A DNA stretch of 64,000 nt from Octopus vulgaris (Eukaryota): positions 17,112,001 to 17,176,000 of the forward strand of contig OX597818.1 in the NCBI GenBank assembly GCA_951406725.2, written 5' to 3'. Below the pieces are notes generated by a model. That model did not search any database, was not told the origin of the DNA, and was given only the letters and a program-made list of their open reading frames with translations. A program made the position numbers and the translations under genes. Of this stretch, positions 44,436-58,700 are shown piece by piece; the first letter of the stretch is position 1, and the number at the start of each line of letters is the position of its first letter.

Positions 44436-44776
44436 GGATCGTTACCTTTTGACCGGCAGATTTAGAAAATATTTTTTTGTAACTAAACACTTTCAAACTT
44501 CGCTTACTGTTAGACAAACGAAATATACACCGCCGATAGTTGTTGTTGACAAACAACGGCAGTAATTTTATTCAGCTGAATACACGTCATTGATTGGTTG
44601 AAATTACCGAAATACGAGAACTTTAACATGAAATAACTTCGTAAATATAAGCTTTTCTCAAAAACGCTAAGAGTAAAAGATGTTTTATATGACACATTCT
44701 ACCAGTATACGAAGTTTGAAAGTGTTTAGTTACAAAAAATTATTTTCTAAATCTGCCGGTCAAAAGGTAAAGATCC
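44436..44776. mobile_element. Merlin-like MITE
   Basis: About 65 bp TIRs starting GGATC.TTACCTTTTGACCGGCAGATTTAGAAAAT and a perfect 8 bp target duplication AGAAGAGT (44428-44435 and 44777-44784). A related decayed end starts at about 40195. Confidence 0.85.
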
Positions 44777-45414
44777 AGAAGAGTAATTAAAGCTTTGCAT
44801 AATGTCTTTGCGGTATTTTTCCAACCCTCTGTGCACTGAGTTCAAATCCCACTGATGTCGATTTAGCCTTTAATCCTTTCAGGTGTCAATAAATAGATTA
44901 CTAGTAGATCATTTCCTTCTTTCCAAGAGAGGCGCGTTCACATTGTAATCTCACAATTCTGTTAAGTCGATAAGAAAGAAAGGTTTCCTCAAGATAAAGC
45001 ATTTCAGAAATTCTGGATTTGCATTTGTAGACATCCTTATAGTATTGTCACTGTGGCCAATGTTGCTGGTATAGGTGTTGTTATGCCTCACGTTAGCCCT
45101 GATCAAGCAGATCTATGGCTAAAGACATTCCAGCAAATTTTACATTTGGCGCAATTATGACTACATTACTCAACGTGGCTTTTCCTCTTTCTTACAAAAT
45201 CAGTAATATATCATCTCAGGGGAATGTAGCTATTCTGGCTAGCAATTCGTGCGACCAACTACAGGCTCTAAAGTAACTGGAGAACGCTACTTTTCATATA
45301 TATATATTTGTGTTGTTATACTAATGTATTTTATTGTTGTCCATAAGTCTTCATTAATTTACACTTGAAATTAAATATCACAAAATAGATATCAAATTAG
45401 GTTGTGTTACTTAC

Positions 45415-45473
45415 TCAGTGTCTAACGCAGAGTTGGGGCAGTTATTTATATCACAAAATCCATGCAAGTACAT
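45415..45473 (-). CDS. Candidate small exon of an unidentified gene
   Basis: TTTTTCTCGGTGCAG acceptor and GTAAGT donor, 59 nt. The only open frame reads MYLHGFCDINNCPNSALDT. Confidence 0.4.
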
Positions 45474-45584
45474 CTGCACCGAGAAAAATAATGAATCTTC
45501 AACTGTGCATATAGGTATGCAACGTATATGAAAATACTGTTTGGTCTCAAAGTAAAGGTTCACAAATTTTTCTAAGCCCCACAC

Positions 45585-45615
45585 CTTTAGGAAATGCTTC
45601 ATTACTTTTCGCACC
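45585..45615 (-). CDS. Candidate small exon of an unidentified gene
   Basis: CTTTTGAATAG acceptor and a weak GTGTGG donor, 31 nt, reading VRKVMKHFLK. Confidence 0.3.
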
Positions 45616-46261
45616 CTATTCAAAAGTAATACCATTGTTGAAAATAAAAATATATTTCTGATATTGATATTTCTTTTCTGGTACGTTGGATTTCGTACAA
45701 GTTAATCCTTTCTACTATATGATCTCCTACGTGATAATCCTTTCTATTATAGGTACAAGGTCTGAAATTTAGGGGAGGAGGATAGTCGATTACATAGATC
45801 CCAGTATGCAACTGGTATCTATTTTATCGACCTCGAAGAGATGACAAGCAAAGTCGACCTCGCCGTAACTCGAAGTCAGAATGTAAAGACAGGCGAAATA
45901 CCTATTTCTATTTCTTTACTACACACAAGGGGCTAAACACAGAAAGGACAAACAATGACAGACAAACGGATTAAGTCGACCTCAGTGTGTAACTGGTACT
46001 TAATTTATCGACCCCGAAAGGATGAAAGGCAAAGACGACCTCGGCGGAATTTGAACTCAGAACGTAACGTCAGACGAAATACCGCTACGCATTTTGATCG
46101 GCGTGCTAACGATTCTGCCACCTTGATGCCTTAAGATAAGCTATAAATAATAGCATGGAAATATTAAGGCAAAAAAACCTTTGGATGGAAAAAAAATTAG
46201 CAGCTTAGAATTCTCGCTGGTAAGAATTAAGTTTCAAAAATTGATCCAGAAGCTCGAATTG

Positions 46262-46332
46262 TTGCGCTAGTCTAATGGTAGAATGCTTGTCAAGTTTACA
46301 GGAGATGTGGGTTCGTACTCTGCAGACACTCT
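46262..46332 (+). pseudogene. tRNA-like remnant (pseudo-tRNA or SINE head)
   Basis: A box TAGTCTAATGGTAGAA and B box GGTTCGTACTC are present, but the acceptor and anticodon stems pair poorly. Confidence 0.35.
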
Positions 46333-46827
46333 TGGTCGTTTTCTATCCAAAGGGATTTTTTAAAACCCAATGGTCACAAGCAAATATTTACAGTTTTATC
46401 TAGTTCGAGATCCAATGTTCCAAAACATAATTATTCCAGGTTTTCTCGAAGTTTATAAAAATTCTTGACATCAATCGAATACAGTGGTTCTCACCCATTT
46501 TTCGATTCCTATTTTACTCACGAGGTAGGTGGGGTACTCTCATAGTCATTTGATGCCTAAAATCTATTATATTTTTATGATTAAATATTATTACGAATTG
46601 TAAAAGAAATGTTAAAATATTTTGTGTGTTATTCTTTTACTTGTTTCAATCATTTGACTGCGGCCATGCTGGAGTACCGCTTTGAACCTAGGACTTATTT
46701 CTTAAGCCTAGTACTTGTTCTATCGGTTCTTTCGCCGAACTGCTAAGTTACGGGTACGTAAACACACCAACACAGGTTGTCAAGTTGTCAAGCAGTGATG
46801 GCAGAACAAACACAAGCACAAAGACAT

Positions 46828-46866
<39 letters not shown>

Positions 46867-46895
46867 CGAGAAAGAAGCAACAAGAATGGATAGGT

Positions 46896-46986
46896 TTTTA
46901 GTACAATCGTTTCATACAAGGACAGGCTTTATTAAAAGTTGCAAAAATTGCAGCATATAAACGTGTCCCGTACTCATCAGCTAAAA
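46896..46986 (-). ncRNA. Type I hammerhead ribozyme in the 3' pLTR, sense to the ORF
   Basis: Reverse complement of 51608-51698. Confidence 0.85.
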
Positions 46987-48443
46987 TACATGTGAGTTCT
47001 CTAGACATCCTAGTGGTTGAGGCTATACTCATGAAGTAATGTAGATAATTAAGTAACATAAACAGATTTCCAAAGTTCATTAAAGTTCTTTAAAGATGAT
47101 GTACAGTCTTATCACAGAATTTTTAAAAAGTTTTAATAGCATCACAGAGAAGGTGACTTAATCCATAGTGTATATATGAATTTGCAGAGATATGAGGAGG
47201 GATTACATACTCACAGACTACAAATTTATCCATTGCTAATCACAACGAGGTGGGTCTCAATTCCTGCTTATTAGCATTACAGAGAGGGTGAATTAATCCT
47301 TTGTATAGATGCACAATTTCCAATGGTGTAGATGTAAATTTCCAGAGAAATGAAGAGGAATTTCATATTCACAGGCGATAAATTTATCAATGGTTGAACA
47401 CAATGAGGTAGGTATCAATTCTTGCTATATGATTAGGTATTTGCCACATTAATCACATTACTGCTATTTTTTCAAGAGACTGTAGCTATTTAACTTTTAA
47501 AGGCTGAAGGGCTTTCTAGAGAGGCAAAGAACAGAAAAGGGAAGGAAAGAGAAGAAAAGAGAGAAAATAAAGGAGGCGGGAGCAAAGGGGGGGGGACTAA
47601 AAGAGAAGAGAAAAGGAAAAAGAAAAAAAGAAAAAGAGAATAAGAAGAAGAAAAAGAAAAAAGAGAAAAGAGAAAGAAATAGGGAAAGAAGGGAAAAAAA
47701 GAAAAAGAAAAAAGAGGGTTCTAGTTATACAGAAGAATTAGTAGACGGCAAGTCTGGTTTTAATTTACAGGCATCTAGGAACTAGAGGAGAATATTATTC
47801 CTTGACCAGTAAAACAGCTAATTTATTGCTGTTGAAAGCAGCTATGAATTTAAAGAGAATCTAAAGAGATAACACGGTCAGGGGTTTGGGGGTCAAAGGC
47901 TAAAATCAAAAGAAAATACATTAGGAAAATCTAAGTGTAATCTTATCAAAAAGTCATTAAAATTTATTTATTTAATTTATTCATCTTACTGTCTTAAGGA
48001 GTTGCCGTTATTATTCATACATTGACGGACTACAGGTCAAATCTTAGAAGATCATTTACAAGGTGTTAGGGAATTGTCTATCATAATGAAGATAATCATA
48101 TTATCACCGAGGGAGTAGCCTTATTTATTTAATTTTGGAATAGAATTATGGGGCTTTAGTAACTCATTTTATTTTATTAAAGTTATGCTACTTAAATTAG
48201 ATTAAGTTAAGAATTGAAATTAAAAATTAAAATTAAGATTTAAAATTGTGAGTTTGAAATTAAATAAAGCCTCAATTAAGTAGCGTATAAGTACTATTCA
48301 TTTCTCTGTTCTCAAAAAACTGATGCAGATATAAGGAAAAAGATAACTGTATTGTGAGAACTCTTAGTTATCTACTTAAAGCAGTGCTATACTAGTAAAA
48401 ATCAAGTTATATCTATCTATCTATCTAGTTACGAATATTCTAA

Positions 48444-49510
48444 TCATTTAAAATATTTTAAAGTCTTCAATTTAGCGTGGACACAAACTTGACCTAGTTC
48501 GATATGGTTATTCAATAAGTTTCTATGTTTTCTATGCTTTAGAATTTCATACGTCTCCATGGAGCATAGTTGGCAACCAACCCTGCTATTTTTATACGGA
48601 ATTGCTCTCCTAACTATTTCCCAATTAAGGTTATAATTATTATTATTATTTTTGAGTTCCCAGATTTTGTTTGAAAGTGTGGTGGTACCAGCTTTATGAC
48701 GTAATTTAAAAGACGAGATGTGATTTCTAACTCTGGCTAGAAAATTAATTGTACATCCAATGTAAAAATATTTGTTATTCTCCGTGGATATGGTACATTT
48801 ATAGATTACATTATTTTCCCCGCATAGACCAGGTGCCGGGCATTTTGATTTTATTCTACACTTACACACAGGAGGAACAACTTCAGGTTTTGGATTATTC
48901 TTGGGTAGATGTCTTAGGTTCCTATTATTTTGATTATCATGAGTATAATTGTCCTTATTGTTATTAATATTTCTATAGTTGGTGCTGATATCTAAAGTAT
49001 TGCTATTATTTATTGATCCTTCTGTTTCATCTTTTAGGTCTAAAGTCCTACCATGATTTCTTATATTATTGGTAATGTTACTATTATTGTTAGTCTTTTT
49101 ATCCGACTGCATATTGTTGTTATAGATATCACTGATATTTTCATTCTCCTTATTTTCTCCATTAGCCTTATTTCTATTATTTCTATTATTAACATTATTA
49201 CTTCTATTAATATCAGTATTGTTATTATTACTATTAATGTTAATGTTATTAGTCATTCTGTGGTTACTAATTTCACCCATGTTTTGATAGTTACTATTGC
49301 TGTTTTTATTGTTGGTAGTATTATTATAATTGCTATTGGTATTCATGCTGATATTATTATTTTTATTTCTATCTTTCCTGGCTAGTTTAATGTTGTTATT
49401 ATTAATCTTAGCTATTAAAGTGGACATATTTGGGAGGGTTGAATAAGAAATCCTAACTGTTTTCCTAGAAATAATTCTATGATATCTATGAGAGATTGGG
49501 AAATTTTTTT
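48444..49510 (-). CDS. PLE ORF C-terminal part: Asn-rich linker, Cys-rich motif and GIY-YIG endonuclease
   Basis: KTVRISYSTLPNM, CKCRIKSKCPAPGLC, VIYKC..FYIGCT..RVRNH, CQLCSME..LLN..CVH. Joined to the RT frame by a frameshift at the A7 run 49504-49510. Confidence 0.85.
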
Positions 49511-51000
49511 CTCCAGAATTACTTTGAATTTGTTCTGTATATCCGATTGTATCGCACAGTTGAAAGGAATATTCAGCCATATTATATCTTTTTTATTAAA
49601 TTTAGGGTTCGTAGAATTATTACTATTCATCTCACCGGAGTTATTGCATTTATTACCATTATTTTTATTTTTATTTTTATTTGTGTGCATCTTTGGTTTA
49701 TCTACTTCGATATTATCCGAGTTACCTATGTTCTGGTCAATGCTTCTATTTGAATTGTTGGGCCTGTACGTTAGATTAGCGTTTACCGTTAATTTAATTC
49801 TACTTTTATTTCGGGCTTGGTCTGTATTGCTGCTTACGTGATTACTGATAACTTCTTTATTAGGAATACGTGAGTTCTCCTTATCAACGAATGTAATCTT
49901 TTGGTTGTATCCAGCCTTAGTTAACGCCGCATTATAATGCTCAGAATGGGAGTTAAATATATCCTTATTGGATGATAATTTTGAAATTCTTAATGAAATA
50001 TTTCTTACTAAAGATTCAATTATATTTGGGGGATGATTTGATAATTTATTTACGTAATTCGTGATTTCGCCTTCCTTTCTAAATGGGTAATGCAGCTTGG
50101 AGTTAAGGTCTAGCGTAATATCTAGGAAGTTAACTATTTTAGTGCCCGGTTCATACGTTATACTGAGGTTGAAATCCTTAAAGAACTTATTAATTTTCTT
50201 TCTAATCCTTTCTATAACAGATTTATTATTACTAGGGATAACAAACAGAGCATCATCCCTATATAGACCCCCCTGTATTTCTGGGATATCCTTGCTTATG
50301 CATTTTAATAGATATGCGCCTACTAGGTTGGCTACCTCAGCCGAATCACTGGAACCCATTGGTATATCAAAATAATTAGGTGTATCTGCTCTAGTCCATA
50401 ATTTATCTTCAAATTCTATAAATGTCTTCCTAGCTAGTAGCACAATATTGATTTCTTCTCTAGATATGAGGGAGCGATTCATGGCAAATATTAGTGATTT
50501 GTTGAGTAAGATAGGGGAAATACTAGAGTAATAACTATTAATATCGAACTGAATAAAGGACAGACTACTAGTATTAGTTAGAGAGTTAAACCATTTTAGA
50601 ACTTCGTCCGTACTTAGCCATAGGTTTAAGGGGAGAAGAGGGGTTATTTGGGGTAGAACAGTATCCAGGATAGATTTACTAAGTCGGCCAATGTCCGACT
50701 TAGTTGGACAGATCAGCCTTACCGAAGGGTTTTCCAAGAAATTCTTTTTGTGGTCTTTAAGGTTGATCCTGGGCTCACACGGTTTAAGCGGCTCCGTTCT
50801 ATCCGTTAAATTTAGTTTCTCCATGATCTTTTTCATTTCCAGGTTTACTTTTTTCAAATTGTTCTTAGTCGTAATTTTATATTTGGAGTTTAGTTCCTTC
50901 CTAATTAATTTGCTATAAAGATCGTAATCAACTCTATACATATTACCCGTTTTATCTGCTGGTACTAGGATTCCATGTTTGCACCTTGTTGACTGAATAA
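49504..51000 (-). CDS. PLE reverse transcriptase (N-terminally truncated at the inversion junction)
   Basis: Motifs VPADKTGN, LKDHK..VRLICP, FIQFDINSYYSSI, FDIPMGSSDSAEVANLVG, GLYRDDAL, VNFLDITLDL and SNHPP. The frame is open upstream of the annotated ATG up to the junction near 51000. Confidence 0.92.
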
Positions 51001-51607
51001 AGTTCCCCCTTTGCTCCCGCCTCCTTTATTTTCTCTCTTTTCTTCTCTTTCCTTCCCTTTTCTGTTCTTTGCCTCTCTAGAAAGCCCTTCAGCCTTTAAA
51101 AGTTAAATAGCTACAGTCTCTTGAAAATAGCGGTAATGTGATTAATGTGGCAAATACCTAATCATATAGCAAGAATTGATACCTACCTCATTGTGTTCAA
51201 CCATTGATAAATTTATCGCCTGTGAATATGAAATTCCTCTTCATTTCTCTGAAATTTACATCTACACCATTGGAAATTGTGCATCTATACAAAGGATTAA
51301 TTCACCCTCTCTGTAATGCTAATAAGCAGGAATTGAGACCCACCTCGTTGTGATTAGCAATGGATAAATTTGTAGTCTGTGAGTATGTAATCCCTCCTCA
51401 TATCTCTGCAAATTCATATATACACTATGGATTAAGTCACCTTCTCTGTGATGCTATTAAAACTTTTTTAAAAATTCTGTGATAAGACTGTACATCATCT
51501 TTAAAGAACTTTAATGAACTTTGGAAATCTGTTTATGTTACTTAATTATCTACATTACTTCATGAGTATAGCCTCAACCACTAGGATGTCTAGAGAACTC
51601 ACATGTA

Positions 51608-51698
51608 TTTTAGCTGATGAGTACGGGACACGTTTATATGCTGCAATTTTTGCAACTTTTAATAAAGCCTGTCCTTGTATGAAACGATTGTACTAAAA
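51608..51698 (+). ncRNA. Type I hammerhead ribozyme in the inverted pLTR copy
   Basis: Stem I TTTTAG/CTAAAA, core CTGATGA, stem II GTACGGGACA/TGTCCTTGTAT, GAAA, quasi-palindromic ACGATTGT, and a GUA cleavage site after 51692. Confidence 0.85.
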
Positions 51699-51840
51699 AC
51701 CTATCCATTCTTGTTGCTTCTTTCTCGCCTATAATCACCCCACATTACTGTATTGTTAAAACCGTATAGTTTTTTTTGGTGCATCTAAGTTAGGTACCAT
51801 ATTCAAGTAAATTCATTTAAATTAACTTGAATCTTTATTG

Positions 51841-51900
<60 letters not shown>

Positions 51901-52655
51901 GACAGGCTTCTTTGAGTCTTACGTATGTATTCTCATGCATATAGCTGCGTGTTTAGACATGTTCATATATACACACTAAGACATACGAATATATATATAT
52001 ATATATATATATACATACACCCCCCCCCCACACACACATATATATATTTATATAAGACAGGCTTCTTTCGGTTTTACGTATGTATTCTCATGCATATAGC
52101 TGCATGTATAGACATGTTCATATATTGTTGGCATCCTTTTTGTCTCGGGAGACAATGGAGTTGCGCATAAAGTAGTCTAGTCCGGCTTTTACATTTCATA
52201 GATGTTCATATATATTTAAATGATAAACTTCTGGAAAATTTAATAGATTTTTACATTTCCAGAGATGGCTTGGATCTGTAGTCTTTGAATCAGCTTTCTT
52301 CTTTCTGGTTTGGAGAAGCCAAATTTCTCAAGATTTAGGCAGTGTGTTACATATTTCAATGTCCCAATAATTACAGATATAAACCTGAACTTGTAATCTG
52401 GATGTATGTATGTATATGCGCATATATCTATTTGTGTGTGTCGTTGTGTCTGTGTTTGTCTCCTCCCCCACCACTAATTGACAACCAGTATTGGTTTGTT
52501 TATATCCTGGTAACATAGCGGTTTAACAAAAGAGAACCCGATAGAATAAGTACCGGGCTTTAAAAAAATTATTGGGGCCGATTTGTTCGGCGAAACCCTT
52601 TAAGGCTGTACCCTAGCTTGGTTGCAGTTCTAACACTGAAACAAGTAAAATATAA

Positions 52656-53700
<1,045 letters not shown>

Positions 53701-53739
53701 TAGCCATTAAAATGTATAATTTCTCATTTATACATAAAT

Positions 53740-54676
53740 TACAGCGATTATTAAGCCTAGAACTTAACCATGGTCTATCCATAGCACTTACTTAGTTCTT
53801 TTTAAATCTAAAATATACTCTCTTTCATTTTCTACAATGACCTTCCAGCTATCTGGTAGACTTGCAAGGCCTCTCTTCCAAAATTCACTTGTCCGTGACG
53901 AAAAATACCTCGCCTGTACTGTTCTCACTTTGTCTACAGAATTCATATTTTTGCTGTCCAAATGATTTTGAAGACTGCAGAATAAATGATAATTAGATGG
54001 CGCAATGTCCAGTGAACATGGTGGGTGGGTATTGTCTCCATTGCAAACTGCTTTAGCCTTTGGAATGTAACCCTCACTGGCAGTAAAGAAGAGCACACAT
54101 TCACTCTCTGCGCGCGATTAAACTCGGAAAGTTCGTGAGGAACTCATTGATCCAATTTGCTGACTTTTCCAATGGCACGCAAGTGTCGATAAATGGTTGA
54201 CTGACCAGATCCAAGCTTCTCTGCTTGGTCCTCAACACTTACGATGGGATTTTGTTCCACCAGGGTTTGAAGGACGTCCTCGTCGAGCTCTACAGATCTT
54301 CCAGGATGAGGCTCGTCTTCTAGGCTGTAGTTTTCGGCTCAGAAATTCTGGAACCACCGTTGACACTGGCTTACACTTATTGTCCAGTCCACACATACTG
54401 CATTAATATTCCTCGCACTTTCCATTGCGTTGTTGCCTTTATTGAACGCATAAAGCAAAATATACTTAAATATGTTTCTTTGTCACTTCCATTATAACTT
54501 TGAAAAAAATAACTGTTAAAATCGAACTGCACTCTTTAAAGCTTGCACTAAGAATAAGCAATAGGTAAAATTACTACCTGTTTTTATAGCAAGTTGATGC
54601 AAGTGGTTTATCCCGCCCCGCTCTGATTTTTAGTTCATGCAACTGAAAAAGCCGCATTATTTATGGGATGACCAAA
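53740..54676 (-). mobile_element. Second mariner element, internally deleted and decayed
   Basis: TIR TTGGTCATCCCATAAATAATGCGGC at the right end, similar to the TIR at 10419. Contains HPPCSLDIAPSNYHLFCSLQNHL and HTH remnants. Confidence 0.8.
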
Positions 54677-55114
54677 TATATATATATATACATGTATGTA
54701 TGTATGTATGTATGTATGTATGTATGTATGTATGTATGTTAGTGTGTGTGAGGGGGTGGACGACATCACAACCGACCAGACAACTAAGTAGAAGGATATG
54801 TAATAACTTAATTCCCATGACAAAAACTCAGTTATTTAGGACGTTCATTTTCAACAAGAGACAGAAATCTGCCGACATTTTCTCACATTAATAGATTTCT
54901 ATGTGACGATCAAGCCAGTAGTTCACATTTTGTTTTACAGCATTGTATAATGTATATCAGAATTTAGGAGAAAGGGCTGTCTCCCTTCTGTTTTATCTCT
55001 ATGTAAACACAAGTCCAGGCCACGTTCTATTTCTGGTTTAACAAGAATGACACAGTTATGTAAATGAAATTATATGGTTGAACCTCAGCGTATTTTACTA
55101 TATTTGCAGCATAC

Positions 55115-55154
55115 CTACTAAACATCTCCCCCGATTTTCTTTCTTCACAATTCT
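55115..55154 (-). CDS. Candidate small exon of an unidentified gene
   Basis: Strong acceptor ATTTCTCATTTTTCAG and donor AG/GTATG, 40 nt. Reads NCEERKSGEMFS in the frame that joins 45615. Confidence 0.4.
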
Positions 55155-55739
55155 CTGAAAAATGAGAAATTTTATGAAATTTTCTAAAAAGGTTTTCCAT
55201 GTGATGTATTCCGATTATATCAAAATTTGTTTTGAAAAGTTTTCCGGAGGCGAGGGAGAAGAGTTTCGGATAATTCGCACAAATTATTTCCAGATAACTT
55301 TCAGATATACATTTTGGATGAAGTTTTCTACAAAATTATTTCAGATGATGTAGATTACGATTATTTCAGAAGGAATAAATAGCATTAAACTTAAACATAT
55401 TCGTTGCAAATTTTAGCACAAGGCCAGCGAGTAGGGAAAGGCAAAGTTAACCAGGGCGAGATTTTGAACTAAGAACTCAAAGGCAGACGAAATACAGCAA
55501 GTATTTTGCTCCGCGTGCTAACGAGTCCGCCAGCGCGCGCCACCGTCTTTTATCTTTTACTTGTTTAAATCATTGGACTACAGCCATGCTGGAGCACCGC
55601 CTTGAAGGATTTTAGTCAAACAACTCGACCCCAGGGGGTGTGGTTTGCAGCCTAGTACTTTCTGTCTGTTTTGCCGAATCGCTAATTTACAGGGACGTAA
55701 ACTCAGCAACACTGGTTGTCAAGCGGTGGTAGAGGATAA

Positions 55740-55773
<34 letters not shown>

Positions 55774-58209
55774 GTACATCGGGTCTTTGATCGGCCATGC
55801 AGTGATACTGAACTCGGAACCATGTACAGGAAGTAAACTTCTTACCACACAGCCACAAAACTTGGAATTTTGAAAAAAATATGTGATTCTTGTTAGTATG
55901 TACGTTAGTGCGTCTACCAATGTTTTTCACGTTAATTTCTGATACAGTCATATTCTACGCCTTCTGAAATGTATTTGTAGAAAACTTCATTGAAAATAAC
56001 AATTTTTCTGAAAGTTATGAGGAAATACATTCGGCGGGGTGAGCAGACAGTTTTTAGGTATGTGATAGCTGCATAAACCTTCTGATAAGCAACGAATAAT
56101 TTACATATTTCTCTGTCTGCTTTACGTGTATCTGTAAACGCACAATGATTTAACTAAGATACGTACATTTATCAAATATTCATTAATGTAACATCCGGAG
56201 AGAATTTGATGAATACAATTCTTTTTTCTTTTTCTATGCGAAAACTAGGAAATGCGTAAACATCAGACCACGAGAACTTTCTCAAAATCATTTGTTCACG
56301 AGCAGGCGTTCCTAGCATTTTTTTTAGCGCAAAGATTTCGTTGAATAGCATTTTACAAACATTTACACCCCATGATTAACAAAATAAATAATGTTGTAAA
56401 TAAATATATAAGTATTCAACTAAACTTGTGTAGCAGTTTATTCACCATATTTTCCTATATTATTCTATCCAGTAGGTGCGCACGTTTTTGTTTGATATTT
56501 ATATATAATGAAGGCGCAGACATGGTTGTGTAGTTAAGAAGATCGTTTTTCAATCACGTGGTTTCGGGTTCAGTCCCACGGCACAGTACCCTGGGAAAAT
56601 GCCTTCTATAATCCAGGGCCTTGTGAGTAAATTTGGAAAACAGAAACTGTGTGGATTCCTGTCGCATATGTGTGTGTGTGTGCGTGTCTTTGGGTTTGTG
56701 TTTATCCCCCAACACAGTTTTATAAACGGTGTCGATTTGTTTACGTCCTCGTAACCAAGCGGTTTGTCGAAAGGGACCGATAGAATAAGTATCAGACTTA
56801 AAATGACTACTAGGGTTTATTTATTCGACTAAACTCTTCGATGCAATGCCCTAACATGACCGCAGTTCTATGACTAAAACAAGAAAAGATAAAAGATAAA
56901 TTGTGACACAAGGCCAGTCATTTCGGGGTAGTGGGTAAGTCTACATTGACCCCCACCCCCGCCAGGGTTCAACAGGTATTTATTTTATCAACCCCAAAGG
57001 GATGAAAGGCAAAGTCGGCCTCGGTGGAATTTGAACTCAGAACGTAAAGACGGACGAGATGTTACTAAGTATTTTGCCTGACGTTCTAACGATTCTGCCA
57101 GCTGGTCGCCTTATAACCTGGAATAATTCTTGTATCTAGTTTCAATACTTTATCCCTATGAAAAGATCCATGACTTCTCTAATTTCCTAGTGTCTCTCAT
57201 AGTGCCTCCCCGACATTTAGCACCTCTTGTGAGCATAGAACGCCCCACCACCACCACCACCACGGATTGCTACCGCCTAAATAAGAACCGTTGCTCCTCT
57301 TTAACTATCTTATCTCTAAGGCTTAACTATATATATTATTTTCATGTCGTTTGTGTTTTCTCTGTTACAGTCGATATCACTAATCTTTATATTTTCGTGA
57401 CTTCCTTTTTCACCGCCTCTCTTTTACTTGTTTCAGTCATTTGACTGTGGCCATGTTGGAGCACCACCTTTAGTCGAACAAATCGACCTCAAGACTTATT
57501 CTTTGTAAGCCTGGTACTTATTCTATCAGTCTTTTTTGCCGAACCGCTAAGTTAACGGGGACATAAACACACCAGCATCGGTTGTCAAACACAGACACAC
57601 AAACATATACACAGACACATATATATATATACATATATACGACGGGCTTCTTTCAGTTTCCATCTACCAAATCCACTCACAAGGCTTTGGTTGGCCCCAG
57701 GCTATAGTAGAAGACACTTGCCCAAGGTGCCACGCAGTGTGACTGAACCCAGAACCATGTGGTTGGCAAGCAAGCTATTTACCACACAGCCACTCCTACG
57801 CCTATGTGGTAATTTATGACAATCTTGTTTGAAGCAACTGAAGCTAGCGGAATTCACTTCAGGTGTCGAAACCGTGATGGTCCCCTACATATACTTTTGT
57901 TCAGGGGAAATTTTCGGGTTTTTCGTACTGTTATATATTTCCCTCGTGTCTACCTAATTCGCGCGCGCGCCACACGGATAGGGGTATTCTTTTACTTGTT
58001 TCAGTCATTTGACTGCGGCCATGCTGGGGCATCGCCTTAATAAGGTTTGTTAGTCGAAGAAATCGACCCCATGACTTATTCTTTTCAAGCCTAGTACTTA
58101 TTCTATCGGTCGCTTTTTCCGAACCGCTAAGTTACGGGGATATAAATACATCAACATCGGCTGTCAAGCGATGGTGGAGGGACAGACACAGACACAAAGG
58201 CACACACGC

Positions 58210-58300
<91 letters not shown>

Positions 58301-58303
58301 ACA

Positions 58304-58700
58304 CAGGGTGTGGTGAATGCATTGTCGTCTAGATTACGCACGAATGAAATTAACTCTGACGTCTCATTTTAACAGATTTATTTACTAAAATTACATAAAA
58401 AATATCTTGAAATACTAAAGAGTAAATTCATTCAATAAAATCGCCATTGGCTCCGATCAGCGCTTCCAGACGACTTCAGAATCTCCTGCAACTCTTCTGA
58501 ACAGTGTCCTTGTTTAAGTTGGTGAATGCTGCCATAATCCTTGCCTTCAGTTCATCTTTGGTGTTGCAAGGAGTATTGTTGGCCTCTCAGCTGCGCTCCA
58601 CGCATAACAATCAAGGAAGTTGCAGTCTGGGGAGTTAGGTGGCCATATGGTAGGGGTGATGTAGTTGCAGAAATTGTCAGACAATCATGACTACGTTCTC
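58304..58700 (-). mobile_element. Tc1/mariner maT-like transposase 3' fragment
   Basis: Minus strand WPPNSPDCN..NTPCNTKDELKARIMAAFTNLNKDTV..DFIE, ending at a CAGGGTG terminus at 58304. Confidence 0.7.

Larger units (their letters stand above)
46861..51843 (-). mobile_element. Penelope-like retroelement (Naiad-type), 5'-truncated, with an inverted pLTR, inserted in (TA)n
   Basis: RT plus GIY-YIG ORF on the minus strand. 46861-47595 is a near-perfect inverted copy of 51002-51732. Each arm has a hammerhead, and (TA)n lies on both flanks. Confidence 0.92.

Noticed and set aside
46898-51696. Identical 60 aa ORFs at 46898-47080 and 51514-51696, and a possible SECIS in the PLE 3' region
   Set aside because: The ORFs are a by-product of the inverted repeat and overlap the ribozyme. 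There is no convincing SECIS stem and no in-frame UGA.
56104-56233. Two further minus-strand exon-like segments
   Set aside because: They would need a ~35 nt intron and do not join in phase with the candidate exon chain.
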